This document shows, one piece after another, positions 18,963 through 30,022 of a stretch of DNA of 64,000 nucleotides. How positions within the stretch are numbered: the first letter of the stretch is position 1; every line of letters begins with the position of its first letter. A model generated the notes under the pieces. The model ran no database searches, was not told the origin of the DNA, and worked only from the letters and a program-made list of their open reading frames with translations. A program made the translations under genes and the position numbers. This DNA comes from Acidobacteriota bacterium (GTDB lineage: Bacteria > Acidobacteriota > UBA6911), in the NCBI GenBank assembly GCA_963664705.1, contig OY761556.1, positions 4,192,001-4,256,000 of the forward strand, in the 5' to 3' direction.

Positions 18963-20150
18963 ATGAAATCCAAGCTACTAATACTATTTGCCGTTTCAGG
19001 ACTCTTCATCCAAATAGCCTGCAGTGAAAAACCGGTGGCCAAACAGGAAGCGACCCTGACGCCGGTGCCCGCGGCTACGCTCTCGATGCGCTATGAATCG
19101 GTTCCGGGAGTGGTGCAGGCACCAGGCACTGTTCAGGCGCGGGATCGCATTGCACTCTCCTCACAGATCAATGGATTTGTCAGACAGGTGCACGTTCATG
19201 TCGGCGACATCGTGAAGAAGGATCAGCTCCTGGCCACCCTGGATGCACGGGATGCCCAGAGCCAGAAGGCGGCAGCGCAGGCTGCGGTCGACGAAGCACA
19301 GGCAGCTCTCTCCGAAGCCCGTAAAGCCCGCCAGGCCGCGTTGGATATGCAGGCGGCGACAAAAGCAGGTACCGAGCTGGCAAACCAGACTCTCGCCCGA
19401 TATCAAAAGCTGTCGGAATCGCGGTCCGTTTCCCCGCAGGAACTCGATGAAGTGCGGACGCGGCGCGACGCGAGCACCGCCGAGCTGGCATCACGCGAGG
19501 CGATGGTATCCGCAGCGGACGATCGCATCCGACAGGTAGAAGCGAAGATAGCGCAGGCAAAAGCTCAATCCGGGCGCACGGATGTTCTTTTGAGCTGGAC
19601 GGAAATCCAGGCTCCCGCATCGGGTAGAATCGTCCAGAGACTGGTGGATCCCGGTACGGCTATCTTTCCGGGAACTCCCCTGGTAGTCATAGAATCCACG
19701 GACAAGCCACAGGTGGTGGCGGATATCCCAACCGAACACGCCCATCTCCTTAAAATCGGTGCGGCAGTCCGTCTTCGAATGGCTGATTCGGATGGTGAAG
19801 GACGCGTTTCAGAGATCGTCCCACTGTCGGATCCTGGAACCCACAGCATTCAGTTCAAAGTAGATCTCCCGGCCCGTGCTTCAATGCCAAGTGGCCAATT
19901 CGTAAAAGTAGAAGTCCCCTCAGGGACGCGCGATGCCCTGCTTGCTCCGCGCGCCTCTGTGCGACAGACCGGGCAACTCACAGGCATGTTTGTCGTGGAT
20001 AACATGGCGAAGGCTCATTTCCGCCTTGTAAAGGTTGCTCCCTTTGATGCGGATCGCGTTGAGATCCTCTCCGGCATCAACTCAGGAGAAAAAATCGTGG
20101 CCGCTTTGAGCGACCAGGTCATCGATGGCATTCCGGTTGTGGAACGTTAA
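18963..20150 (+). CDS. RND periplasmic adaptor (MFP), lipoprotein
   Basis: Lipobox IAC, lipoyl half-motifs (VHVGDIVKKDQLL, IQAPASG), long coiled coil. Alternative start at 18924. Confidence 0.92.
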   Translation: MKSKLLILFAVSGLFIQIACSEKPVAKQEATLTPVPAATLSMRYESVPGVVQAPGTVQARDRIALSSQINGFVRQVHVHVGDIVKKDQLLATLDARDAQSQKAAAQAAVDEAQAALSEARKARQAALDMQAATKAGTELANQTLARYQKLSESRSVSPQELDEVRTRRDASTAELASREAMVSAADDRIRQVEAKIAQAKAQSGRTDVLLSWTEIQAPASGRIVQRLVDPGTAIFPGTPLVVIESTDKPQVVADIPTEHAHLLKIGAAVRLRMADSDGEGRVSEIVPLSDPGTHSIQFKVDLPARASMPSGQFVKVEVPSGTRDALLAPRASVRQTGQLTGMFVVDNMAKAHFRLVKVAPFDADRVEILSGINSGEKIVAALSDQVIDGIPVVER

Positions 20151-20162
20151 GGAGATCCGGAT

Positions 20163-23100
20163 ATGAGCAAACCCCAAATCGCAGGCAGTCTGGCTCACGC
20201 CTTCATCAAATCCAAGCTGACTCCCCTTTTCCTGATCGCCTCCATCGCGTTGGGAATTGCGGCTGTAGTGCTTCTACCACGGGAAGAAGAGCCGCAGATC
20301 ATCGTGCCGATGATAGATGTGATGGTCTCATTCCCCGGTGCATCCGCAAAAGATGTTGAAACACGGATCACCCGGCCGATGGAGCGTCTTCTGTGGGAAA
20401 TTCCGGGCGTGGAATATGTGTATACCACATCAAGCCCGGGCTCGAGCGTCGCAATTGTCCGCTTCTATGTTGGAGAGGACGAGGAAAAGAGCATTGTCCG
20501 TCTGAATCAGAAAATGTTCGCAAATTTCGATCTGATTCCGCCGGGCGCCTCTCAACCCCTGATCAAACCGCGATCCATTGATGATGTTCCATTCCTGGCG
20601 CTTACGCTCTGGAGTCGGGAACTGGACGGATTTCAGATCCGTCGGGCAGCTGCCGAGTTACGCAATGAACTTCAGCAGATACCGGACATATCGGCAACGC
20701 AGTTGATTGGCGGGCAGAAACGCACCCTGCTGGTCGAACCGGATCCGGAAAAGATGGCCGCCTACGGTGTCAGCTCCTCCAGAATTCAGGGCGCACTGCA
20801 AATGGAGAACCGCGAGACGCATGCCGGCATCGTCACTCACAATAATGAAGCCTTCTCCATTCACCTGGACGGTTTCTTTAAAAATAGCGATGACCTGGGA
20901 AACCTGGTGGTTGGAGTTCAGTCCAATGCTCCGGTTTACCTCCGCAATGTCGCCACCATTTCGGATGGCCCGGCAGAGCCGTCGGAATATGTATTCTTCT
21001 CGCCCGGACCATCCGCTAAAGCAAAGGGAATCGAGATCCCGCAGACGGCCAGCGCCTCTGCCGGCCTCCCTTCCAGTACCGGCATTGGTGCGGCTATCGG
21101 CAATGATCTGATTCCCGGAGTCACGATCACATTTGCCAAAAGAAAAGGCAAAAATGCGGTCGTGCTGTCGGAAGAGGTTCTCAGGAGAGCGGAAAGTTTC
21201 CGCGCGCACAACTTCCCGGCTTCGCTGCAGATGACGGTGACCCGCAACTACGGGGAGACGGCAGCGGAAAAATCCAACGAACTGCTTCTTCACATGATGA
21301 TTGCCGTCATCTCCGTAACGATCCTGATCTGGCTGGTTCTCGGATTCAGGGAATCGGGAGTAGTAGCGGTAGCGATCCCGGTAACCCTGGCACTGACGCT
21401 TGTCGTGTTCCTGCTCTATGGATATACGCTGAACCGCATTACGCTGTTTGCGCTGATTTTCTCTATCGGGATCCTTGTCGATGATGCGATCGTCGTCATA
21501 GAAAATATCGTTCGCCACAAACGGATGCCTGAGAACCGCAATCGATCGTTCACCGATGTTGCAGTTGAAGCGGTCGATGAAGTCGGAAATCCGACCATTC
21601 TGGCAACCTTCACCGTCATCGCGGCCATTCTGCCGATGGCTATGGTGCGTGGATTGATGGGCCCCTACATGCGCCCAATACCCATCGGGGCATCCGCGGC
21701 CATGATCTTCTCTCTCCTGGTGGCGTTTGTGATTACGCCATGGGCGGCCCTGCGTTTCCTGCGCGGATCTCATGTCGGTCACCACGAGGGTGAAACGGAA
21801 GACCGCACGACCCGTTTGTACCGATGGTTCATGGGCAAGCTGTTGGCCAACGCAAAAAATCAGTGGATGTTCCTGGGCCTGGTCGTTGTATTGCTGATCG
21901 CCGCCATGAGCACGGTCTATTTCAAATTTGTCATCGTCAAGATGCTGCCGTTCGATAACAAAAGCGAGTTCCAGGTCATTGTAGATATGCCGGAAGGCAC
22001 AAGTCTGGAAGAGACCGCAGCCGCCACGCGCGCGCTTGCCGTCAAGCTGAATCAGGTGCCGGAAATTACGGATTACGAAATGTATGTCGGAACCGCTTCG
22101 CCGTTCAACTTCAACGGACTGGTCCGGCATTACTACATGCGCAGCGGAGAGAATGTAGCGGATATTCAGGTCAATCTCACTCCGAAGGGAGCTCGATCGG
22201 ATCAAAGCCATGCCATAGCACGGCGGGTACGGGATCTCCTGAAGCCGGTAGCTGAGCAGTACGGCATCCGCATGAAGGTGGCGGAGGTTCCTCCTGGCCC
22301 GCCGGTATTGCAGACGCTGGTGGCAGAGGTATACGGGCCCAGTTACGATCGGCAGATTGAACTGGCCGCCCAGCTGCGATCAATGCTGGAAAAAACTCCG
22401 GGCGTAGTCGACGTGGATTGGTATGTCGAAGATCCGCAACCGGAAATGCTCTTCCACTTCAACCGACTGAAAGCCTCCATGGCGGGCGTTTCAATTGCCG
22501 AGGCACAACAGGCGGTTGCGCTGGGCATCAGCGGAGCACAGGCAGGACTGCTGCATGCGGCGGATGAAGCAGAGGATGTTCCTATCAAACTGAGGCTCCC
22601 GTTGGGCGAGCGCTCCAGCATTGAATCACTTTCCCGGCTCCGCGTTTCATCGGCCACCGGCAAACTGGTACCGCTTGGAGAGTTGGGATACTGGGAAAAA
22701 TCCTCCCGCGAAAGAAACATCTATCACAAGAATCTGATGCCCGTCGTTTATGTAACGGCAGATGTCGCAGGCCGCGAAGAAAGCCCTGTTTATCCAATTC
22801 TGAACATGGACGAGCAGATAACAAAAATGAAACTGCCCGAGGGCTACCGTCTCCAGACCTATACTGCGCAGCAGCCTTCGGAAACAAACCGGCTCGGAAT
22901 GAAGTGGGATGGAGAATGGCATATTACCTACGAAGTGTTCCGGGATTTGGGCCTTGCGTTTGCAGCCGTTCTCGTCCTGATCTACATTCTCGTGGTAGCC
23001 TGGTTTCAGAGCTTTAAGACACCGCTGGTTATCATGGCGGCCATTCCCTTCTCGCTGGTTGGCATACTTCCCGGCCATTGGGCAATGGGCGCATTCTTCA

Positions 23101-23456
23101 CCGCAACCTCCATGATCGGATTCATCGCCGGAGCAGGAATTGTGGTCAGAAATTCGATCATTCTGGTGGATTTCATTGAGTTGCGGCTCAGTATGGGCGA
23201 ATCATTGCAGCAGGCGGTAATCGACGCCGGTGCCGTGCGCTTCCGCCCCATGCTGTTGACCGCTGCCGCCGTAGTCGTGGGCTCCGCCGTAATCCTGTTT
23301 GACCCGATATTCCAGGGACTGGCTATTTCGTTGATGGCCGGAGAGGTCGCATCCCTTCTCCTCAGCCGAATGACGGTACCGGTCCTGTTTTACATGATGC
23401 GTCGCCGGGAATTGAAGCATCACCCCATGCCGCCAAACCCGGCGGTAACTGCATAG
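20163..23456 (+). CDS. RND efflux permease (AcrB/CzcA family)
   Basis: [31 protein letters not shown]. 1097 aa with two TM bundles. Confidence 0.95.
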   Translation: MSKPQIAGSLAHAFIKSKLTPLFLIASIALGIAAVVLLPREEEPQIIVPMIDVMVSFPGASAKDVETRITRPMERLLWEIPGVEYVYTTSSPGSSVAIVRFYVGEDEEKSIVRLNQKMFANFDLIPPGASQPLIKPRSIDDVPFLALTLWSRELDGFQIRRAAAELRNELQQIPDISATQLIGGQKRTLLVEPDPEKMAAYGVSSSRIQGALQMENRETHAGIVTHNNEAFSIHLDGFFKNSDDLGNLVVGVQSNAPVYLRNVATISDGPAEPSEYVFFSPGPSAKAKGIEIPQTASASAGLPSSTGIGAAIGNDLIPGVTITFAKRKGKNAVVLSEEVLRRAESFRAHNFPASLQMTVTRNYGETAAEKSNELLLHMMIAVISVTILIWLVLGFRESGVVAVAIPVTLALTLVVFLLYGYTLNRITLFALIFSIGILVDDAIVVIENIVRHKRMPENRNRSFTDVAVEAVDEVGNPTILATFTVIAAILPMAMVRGLMGPYMRPIPIGASAAMIFSLLVAFVITPWAALRFLRGSHVGHHEGETEDRTTRLYRWFMGKLLANAKNQWMFLGLVVVLLIAAMSTVYFKFVIVKMLPFDNKSEFQVIVDMPEGTSLEETAAATRALAVKLNQVPEITDYEMYVGTASPFNFNGLVRHYYMRSGENVADIQVNLTPKGARSDQSHAIARRVRDLLKPVAEQYGIRMKVAEVPPGPPVLQTLVAEVYGPSYDRQIELAAQLRSMLEKTPGVVDVDWYVEDPQPEMLFHFNRLKASMAGVSIAEAQQAVALGISGAQAGLLHAADEAEDVPIKLRLPLGERSSIESLSRLRVSSATGKLVPLGELGYWEKSSRERNIYHKNLMPVVYVTADVAGREESPVYPILNMDEQITKMKLPEGYRLQTYTAQQPSETNRLGMKWDGEWHITYEVFRDLGLAFAAVLVLIYILVVAWFQSFKTPLVIMAAIPFSLVGILPGHWAMGAFFTATSMIGFIAGAGIVVRNSIILVDFIELRLSMGESLQQAVIDAGAVRFRPMLLTAAAVVVGSAVILFDPIFQGLAISLMAGEVASLLLSRMTVPVLFYMMRRRELKHHPMPPNPAVTA

Positions 23457-23472
23457 AAAGTAAGGAGACATT

Positions 23473-23685
23473 ATGACTGTAGAAAGATTGATACGCCTGA
23501 TGGCCGGAAGCTTCATCCTGATCAGCCTTGGACTGGCCCATTGGGTCAATCCCAACTGGCTCTGGTTCACGGCTTTCGTGGGCGCAAACCTATTCCAGTC
23601 TTCCCTCACCCGCTGGTGCCTGATGGAAGACATACTGGTCAAACTGGGAGTGAAGAGGGAAACATCCTGTTCCACCGGAAAGTAA
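23473..23685 (+). CDS. DUF2892 / YgaP-like small membrane protein
   Basis: ER.IRLMAG...FVGANLFQS.LT.WC signature. Confidence 0.88.
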   Translation: MTVERLIRLMAGSFILISLGLAHWVNPNWLWFTAFVGANLFQSSLTRWCLMEDILVKLGVKRETSCSTGK

Positions 23686-23769
23686 AAACCATTTCGGTCA
23701 CAGGGCGCGAAGGCAAATATTCACGCTTCAGGCCTTCGCACCCGCAGGACCATTCATCAGGATAATGCT

Positions 23770-25458
23770 ATGAAGATTGTTGTCATCGGAGGTGTAGCCG
23801 CCGGACCAAAAGCCGCATCCAAAATTATGCGGTTGAGGCCGGATGCAGATATCACGGTCATAGAAAAGGGAGCCTTTCTCTCCTATGCGGGATGCGGGCT
23901 TCCCTACTACGTTTCGGGAGCAATCAAGGAACAAAGAGAACTCATGGAAACGCCGGCCGGCGTCGTGCGCGATGCGGCGTTTTTCCTGAACGTGAAGAAC
24001 CTGAAGGTCCAGAGCCACACTGAGGTGACGGAGATTGACCGTGCAGGAAAGCAGGTGCACACCAAGAGCCTGACCAACGGGGCGGAATCCTGGCTTCCAT
24101 ATGACAGGCTCATTCTGGCCACAGGCGCATCACCGATAATCCCCCCTATCCCGGGCGTGGACAAAAAGAACGTTTTCACGCTGCATGGAGTCCATGATGC
24201 GGAGGGAATCAAGTCGGTATTGTCCGAAGGCAAAGCCAAGGATGTGGTCATCATTGGTGGTGGCTTGATTGGAGTGGAAGCGACCGAAGCACTGGCAACC
24301 CACGGCTGCCGCGTGACCATTGTCGAGATGATGCCACAGATACTGGGTCTGCTTGACTGGGAAGTTGCACGCCTGGTGGAGCGATACATGGAATCCAAAG
24401 GCGTCAGGATACTGACCGGCACACGCGCGCTGTCCCTGGATTCCCGCGATGGAAATGATGCATTTGCCTCCGTGGTGCGAACCGATAAGGGCGATTTGCC
24501 GGCGGATATGGTTATCCTCGCCATTGGGGTGCGGCCCAATGTTTCCCTGGCCCGGCAGGCCGGGCTTGCCATCGGCGATAAAACCGGCGCAATCCAGGTG
24601 GATGATCACATGCGCACCTCCGACCCTGATATCTACGCGGCCGGCGATTGCGTCGAATGCCTGGACCGGTTGACCGGAACTCCCTGTTATGTCCCGCTGG
24701 GTTCCACCGCCAATAAGCAGGGACGCATTGCCGCTTTGAACATCTGCGGCGGCAACGAGGTCTTTCCTGGAATCCTGGGAAGCTCGATATGCAAAGTTTT
24801 CGACTACTGCGTTGCCAAAACAGGGATGAATGAACGCACAGCAAAAGCGCTGGGATATGATTACATTACGGCCATGGCTCCCGGCGCCGACAAAGCGCAC
24901 TACATGCCTGAATCAAAAACTCTGCTGATCAAGCTATTGGCCGATCGGAAAACGGGCAGACTGCTGGGCGTTCAATTGACCGGACCGGGAGAGGGAGCTA
25001 AGCGCATCGATGTCGCGGCAACGGCGATCTCGGCGGGAATGACGCTGGATCAACTGGCCAACCTGGATCTGTCCTACGCACCACCCTATGCCTCCGCGAT
25101 GGACAACCTGATAACCGCCGCCAACGTGGCCCGCAATAAAAGGGACGGCTACATGGCCGGAATTTCGGCCGAATCCGTGCTCCACAAGATCGAAAACGGA
25201 GAGGATTTCTTCTTCCTCGATGTCCGTTCTCCGCAGGAGTATTCGCAGATGCATCTGCCAAAATCAACGCTGATCCCCCTGGGCGCTCTGCGCAGACGGC
25301 TCGCCGAAATACCGATGGACAAAGAAGTCATAACCTATTGTGCGGTATCGCTGCGCGGCTATGAAGCATCCCTGGTCCTGAAAGCCGCCGGTTTCCGCAA
25401 CGTAAGGGTGTTGGATGGCGGAATAGCCATGTGGCCCTACGAAAAGTTGTCCGGGTAA
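23770..25458 (+). CDS. CoA-disulfide/persulfide reductase with C-terminal rhodanese domain
   Basis: GGVAAG FAD motif, SYAGCGLPY redox Cys, YAPPY, rhodanese (LDVRSPQE, YCAVSLRG, LDGG). Confidence 0.92.
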   Translation: MKIVVIGGVAAGPKAASKIMRLRPDADITVIEKGAFLSYAGCGLPYYVSGAIKEQRELMETPAGVVRDAAFFLNVKNLKVQSHTEVTEIDRAGKQVHTKSLTNGAESWLPYDRLILATGASPIIPPIPGVDKKNVFTLHGVHDAEGIKSVLSEGKAKDVVIIGGGLIGVEATEALATHGCRVTIVEMMPQILGLLDWEVARLVERYMESKGVRILTGTRALSLDSRDGNDAFASVVRTDKGDLPADMVILAIGVRPNVSLARQAGLAIGDKTGAIQVDDHMRTSDPDIYAAGDCVECLDRLTGTPCYVPLGSTANKQGRIAALNICGGNEVFPGILGSSICKVFDYCVAKTGMNERTAKALGYDYITAMAPGADKAHYMPESKTLLIKLLADRKTGRLLGVQLTGPGEGAKRIDVAATAISAGMTLDQLANLDLSYAPPYASAMDNLITAANVARNKRDGYMAGISAESVLHKIENGEDFFFLDVRSPQEYSQMHLPKSTLIPLGALRRRLAEIPMDKEVITYCAVSLRGYEASLVLKAAGFRNVRVLDGGIAMWPYEKLSG

Positions 25459-25571
25459 ACTTGCAGCCATTCGGATATTCCGCTGCTTTGGGGGCCTAAA
25501 AAAAGGAAAACTTCCCGCGCATTCAACAGCCGGGAGTGATATCGTTTCTGTCAAATGATGGAGGACAAGTA

Positions 25572-25946
25572 ATGAAGTTAGGATTTCCGGTTGAGATCAA
25601 CCAAGGATTGGAAAGCACTGTATACGGACATTTCGGCTCAGCCCCCGCCTTCGTTATTGTGGATGCCGAATCGAAAGAAACGTTAGGACTGGAAAACGGC
25701 AACAGACATCACCAGCATGGGAACTGCAATCCTGTGATGGCGCTGAGCGGCCAGGAGATCGACGCCATGATCGTCGGCGGAATTGGGCCGGGTGCCTTAA
25801 TGAAACTGCAGGCGATGGGGATACGGGTTTTCGGAGCGGGAGCAAAGACGATTCAGGAAAATATTGCGTTGTTCAGGGAAAACCAACTGGCCGAATTATG
25901 CATGGATGATTCCTGCCATGCACATCAAGGCCAGTGCTCTCACTAG
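25572..25946 (+). CDS. NifB/NifX family Fe-Mo cofactor-binding-like protein
   Basis: HFGSAPAF, GGIGPGA, His/Cys-rich segments. SD GGAGG. Confidence 0.88.
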   Translation: MKLGFPVEINQGLESTVYGHFGSAPAFVIVDAESKETLGLENGNRHHQHGNCNPVMALSGQEIDAMIVGGIGPGALMKLQAMGIRVFGAGAKTIQENIALFRENQLAELCMDDSCHAHQGQCSH

Positions 25947-26009
25947 GCCCCTTTTACGCGGAAGAAAGAAAACACGCGAACGATAATTCCCAGCAATCGA
26001 GAGCCAGGC

Positions 26010-26756
26010 ATGCTTGTTGATCAGATCTATGAAGAGACTCTGCAAATTGCACACAATCAAACTGTAACCGACGTCAGGGTCGGGCTTGGATATACGGCTG
26101 TAGCCTTGGACAATGGGCGATGTGGCGTCGCCTTTACGCTGCACGAGAAGGAATATGAATCCTGCACGGTGCTTGCGGAAGCGGGCACAATTGCCGGACG
26201 CCCGGCATCGGAGTTGATCTCCTGGATCAAGCAGGATGATGAAACGGCATGCGCCGTCGGCCTCGCAACCGTCAATGCTCTCATTGCCCCTTCCGAACAA
26301 ACCCTCGAGGCAGACATTCTGGAACAGTTGTCGATTGGATCCAGTGATGCAGTTGGAATGATCGGATATTTTGGACCGCTGATCGATCAGATCACCAAGA
26401 AATCGCGCGTCCTGCACGTATTCGAGCGCCAGCCGATTCCGGAGCTTGGAGTTCTGCCGGACACGGCGGCTCCGGATCTGATTCCGCAATGCCAGGCAGT
26501 CATTATTTCCGGCACCACCCTTCTCAACCGGACCATTGACGGCATTCTGGATCTGTGCGGAAATGCACGTGAGGTGGCAATTCTCGGCCCCAGTACGCCC
26601 TTCCTGCGCAAGCCATTCGAAAAGCGTGGCGTCACGATTCTTTCCGGAATCCAGGTAATCGATTCCGCGCGAGTTCTACGAATTGTCAGCGAAGCAGGCG
26701 GGACGCCGAGCTTCGGATCAGCGGTCCGTAAGCTGAGTATGCGCATTTCACGTTAA
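26010..26756 (+). CDS. DUF364 / Rossmann-like putative metal-binding protein
   Basis: GLGYTAV, GLATVNAL, IGYFGP, ISGTTLLNRT, LGPSTP. Confidence 0.85.
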   Translation: MLVDQIYEETLQIAHNQTVTDVRVGLGYTAVALDNGRCGVAFTLHEKEYESCTVLAEAGTIAGRPASELISWIKQDDETACAVGLATVNALIAPSEQTLEADILEQLSIGSSDAVGMIGYFGPLIDQITKKSRVLHVFERQPIPELGVLPDTAAPDLIPQCQAVIISGTTLLNRTIDGILDLCGNAREVAILGPSTPFLRKPFEKRGVTILSGIQVIDSARVLRIVSEAGGTPSFGSAVRKLSMRISR

Positions 26757-26847
26757 CAAGAGATTCCTGAGGATCCTGAAGCCCTATGGGTTCTTCAAGG
26801 TTGAATTACAAAGCGAATCAGCAATCTGAGCCATTTCCTGGCAACCG

Positions 26848-27363
26848 GTGGAGCCGGCATCCATGCCTTTGAAAGAAGATCCCGAATCCCCAATCGCCGC
26901 CCGGGTCATTGGAGTAATCCAAACTCCATTCCCGGAACCGGCCGGCACTCCAATCCAATCGGCCTATGCGCAAGAGGTGGAAGGCCGGATTACGCTGATT
27001 GAACCGTATGCTTCGGCATTGGACGATATCGAGGGCTTTGAACGTCTGTGGCTTATCTACTGGATGGATGGAGTTCGCCCATTCACACCCAAGGTAATTC
27101 CGTATCGTGACACCCGGGAGCATGGCCTGTTTGCGACCCGTTCGCCCAGCAGGCCAAACCCGATCGGACTGTCGGTTGTCCGGCTTATCCGCCGAGAAGG
27201 CAGCACGCTTCATATCGCCGGAATCGACATGGTGGATGGCACAAAGCTGCTTGACATAAAGCCATACGTTCCGGAATTTGACGCCCATCCAGGCAGTCGC
27301 GCCGGCTGGTTTGACAACTGCGGAGCTGACCGGCGAAAGGCCGATGACCGTTTCCATTCGTAA
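26848..27363 (+). CDS. tsaA: TrmO/TsaA (YaeB) family SAM-binding tRNA methyltransferase-like protein
   Basis: IGVIQTPF, GLFATRSPSRPNPIGLS, LLDIKPY. Confidence 0.88.
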   Translation: MEPASMPLKEDPESPIAARVIGVIQTPFPEPAGTPIQSAYAQEVEGRITLIEPYASALDDIEGFERLWLIYWMDGVRPFTPKVIPYRDTREHGLFATRSPSRPNPIGLSVVRLIRREGSTLHIAGIDMVDGTKLLDIKPYVPEFDAHPGSRAGWFDNCGADRRKADDRFHS

Positions 27364-27499
27364 CCGAAAGCATCTGCGTTCCGGATGAGAGTCCTTCTTC
27401 TGCCACTATTGCAATATTTGATATAGAATAGCCGACACTAGCAACCGGCCTTTGATATTTGAGCAACTCGGCCATCCGTATATTGGGAGGCATTCGCCC

Positions 27500-27901
27500 A
27501 TGTTAAAACCGATCCATCTCGCGCTTTTTCTTCAGCTCACTGCGCCTATCTTTGCTCAAACGCCCCCCGGCAATGCATCCAAGGGGAGCAAACAAATCGA
27601 ATCGACAATGCCCGCCGCTCGTGTCAGCGAGACCCTTGAAGACGCAAGGGTGAAATCCTTTATAAAAATGGCTGAAAACGTCTACGATGGCGTTTGTGTG
27701 CGGCCATCATCAGCGGTCAAATCAAAGGTGAGGGCCAATGGTAGCGGGGACTTCTCTTCAACCTTCTACGAATTCCAGATTCCCTGCTCGAGCAAAAAGA
27801 AGGATGGGCTGGGATTAACGGCGATCGACGTCAATGCTGAATTTTCGCCGCCACGACCGGGCCCGCTGAACCTGATCCTGTCCGTGCATTTGAAGGAATA
27901 G
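27500..27901 (+). CDS. Hypothetical exported protein
   Basis: SD GGGAGG, signal peptide (IFA|QT), two Cys. Confidence 0.65.
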   Translation: MLKPIHLALFLQLTAPIFAQTPPGNASKGSKQIESTMPAARVSETLEDARVKSFIKMAENVYDGVCVRPSSAVKSKVRANGSGDFSSTFYEFQIPCSSKKKDGLGLTAIDVNAEFSPPRPGPLNLILSVHLKE

Positions 27902-28280
27902 CATCTTTTCTATCTGCTTCGGACCGGAATCATAGGAAAGCTGAATCGCCGGTTCGAAGCGGGCAATGCCTGCCTCCGACATAGCCTCTGCATATAACTA
28001 CCTATAGTAATTTGCGTATTTCAGCCAATTGCTCCACAGGACATTTGATTATTAAATACATCTCAGCGTACGACACCAATTGAGTGTCGAATCCCGATGG
28101 GATTTGCGAGATATGAGAGAAAAGGATCCATTGATTGTAGGCCCTGCAAAAAACGAGATGCTCAACAGGGTCCTGAATCAGGAACTCAAAGAAGCGCGAG
28201 CAACAACCGCTTATCAGGCAGTCCTTGAACCGGGGCTGCTCCCGTCACCAAATCTGCATTGACCTGCTGCTAAGAGCCTG

Positions 28281-28330
28281 CTGCGAACAAAGGGCTTTGG
28301 TTGTACAACCAAAGCCCTTGCAGTTTTTTT
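28281..28330 (+). terminator. Intrinsic terminator built on a 30-bp perfect palindrome
   Basis: AAGGGCTTTGGTTGT|ACAACCAAAGCCCTT (28290-28319), then GCAG and T7. Confidence 0.75.
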
Positions 28331-28669
28331 GGGGAACCGGGCACCGGAGAGCAGCCAATTGGACAGATCCCTTCACAGGAAAACTCCAATCGACGACATA
28401 AACGGCCTTAAGCTGTGCGCATGTTTGGAGAGGGGGGCGCGAGCAACCTACCTGCTGCAAACCAGCTTTTTCAGCTGTAATTCAGGGGGTCAATAAAATG
28501 GTAGCACGTGGGTATTTTTACGCAAGACTCAATGTCGGTTTTCGCGTACGCATTAGGAGAAAATAATATAAATCCCAATTACGCGAGTCTCGATAGGGAG
28601 TTTCACTGATTTACGGCCCTTTCGGTTATACTGGGAGCACATCCTAAGGATATACGAAAGGGAGGCCCT

Positions 28670-29959
28670 ATGTGGGATAGACGCAGTTTCTTGCGGAGTT
28701 GCGCAGTCGGCATTGGAACCTTGAGCAGTTCGGCTGCTTACGAAATGCTGACCGCAGCGGGAAAGGAAATTTCAGGCTTAACTCCCGAACAGGCCGCTGT
28801 CAACGAAGATTACTGGTTTGCAATTCAACAGGCTTTCACTGAAGACCGCAACATCGTCAACCTGAATAATGGAACCATCCAGAACGGACTTCGCGTCGTT
28901 CAGGATGCAGTCCGCAGACATAACGAATATTCGGCCGATGCCGCCGCGCACACAATCAATTTGCTCGCAAAAGAAATAGAAAGTTGCCGGCGCCGGCTCG
29001 CCACGCACCTGGGGTGCGACTCCGAGGAGCTGGTGATATGCCGGGGTGGCACGGAGGCAGGTCAGATTCCGATTCTGGGATTGGATCTGAAACCCGGGGA
29101 TGAGGTTGTGATAACCAACCAGGATTATCCCAGGCTGCTTGCCACCTGGAAACAGCGTGAAAAAAGGGAAGGCATTGTATTAAAAATTGTCCCTCTTCCC
29201 TCTCCGCCCGTGCCGCTCGATACTTTCCATAAGCTCGTCGAGCAGCAGATCACGAGCAAGACAAAGCTGATCCACATTTGCCACATGACGCACTGGACCG
29301 GTCAAATGTCACCCGTGCGCAGGATTTCGGACATGGCGCATTCGAAGGGAATCGAGGTCCTTGTCGACGGAGCCCATGGATTCATGCATATTCCCTTCAA
29401 GCTGGCGGACCTCGGCTGCGATTACTATACAGCCAGCCTGCACAAATGGCTGATGGCGCCTCCGGGCAACGGGTTTGTACGCATTCCCAAAGATCGCATA
29501 TCCAAGGTCTGGCCGCTGACTCCTCCATGGACAGATGACCCGAAGGATATTCGGCGCTTTGAGGACGTTGGCACTCGGACCCATGCCAACCGCATTGCTA
29601 TCGCGGAGGCCATTACATTCAATGAAGGCATCGGCATTGAACGCAAATCGGCGCGCATTCGCTATCTGAAGGAACGCTGGGCAAACCGTGTGCGTCAATT
29701 GCCGCGGGTGCGCTTTTATTCAAGTCTTGATCCAACGCAATCGTGCGGAGTGGCCGCGTTCGGCATCGAGGGGATAGACACGATAAAACTGATGAATCAC
29801 CTGCTGGACAAATGGGGAATCGTGGTAACTCCTTCCCAGCATCCGGACGGCATCATTGACGGAATTCGCGCGGTGGTAAATGTTTCGTTGACGACCAAAG
29901 AAATTGACTATTTTGCAGATGTAATTGAAGACATTGTTAAGAAGGATGTGAAGCTTTAG
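28670..29959 (+). CDS. Aminotransferase class V (isopenicillin N epimerase / cysteine desulfurase-like) with Tat signal
   Basis: DRRSFL twin-arginine motif, VDGAHG, SLHKWL PLP lysine. Confidence 0.9.
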   Translation: MWDRRSFLRSCAVGIGTLSSSAAYEMLTAAGKEISGLTPEQAAVNEDYWFAIQQAFTEDRNIVNLNNGTIQNGLRVVQDAVRRHNEYSADAAAHTINLLAKEIESCRRRLATHLGCDSEELVICRGGTEAGQIPILGLDLKPGDEVVITNQDYPRLLATWKQREKREGIVLKIVPLPSPPVPLDTFHKLVEQQITSKTKLIHICHMTHWTGQMSPVRRISDMAHSKGIEVLVDGAHGFMHIPFKLADLGCDYYTASLHKWLMAPPGNGFVRIPKDRISKVWPLTPPWTDDPKDIRRFEDVGTRTHANRIAIAEAITFNEGIGIERKSARIRYLKERWANRVRQLPRVRFYSSLDPTQSCGVAAFGIEGIDTIKLMNHLLDKWGIVVTPSQHPDGIIDGIRAVVNVSLTTKEIDYFADVIEDIVKKDVKL

Positions 29960-30022
29960 GAATTCGTTTTGTCGCTGGTCGCTCATCCGCAGGTACGCGA
30001 TGAACGACCAGCGATGGGAACT

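Noticed and set aside
20658-22211. 517-aa minus-strand ORF
   Set aside because: Antisense shadow of the RND permease.
25572-25946. Nitrogen fixation gene
   Set aside because: The NifB/NifX-like domain is widespread in non-diazotrophs, and no nif genes are in the window.
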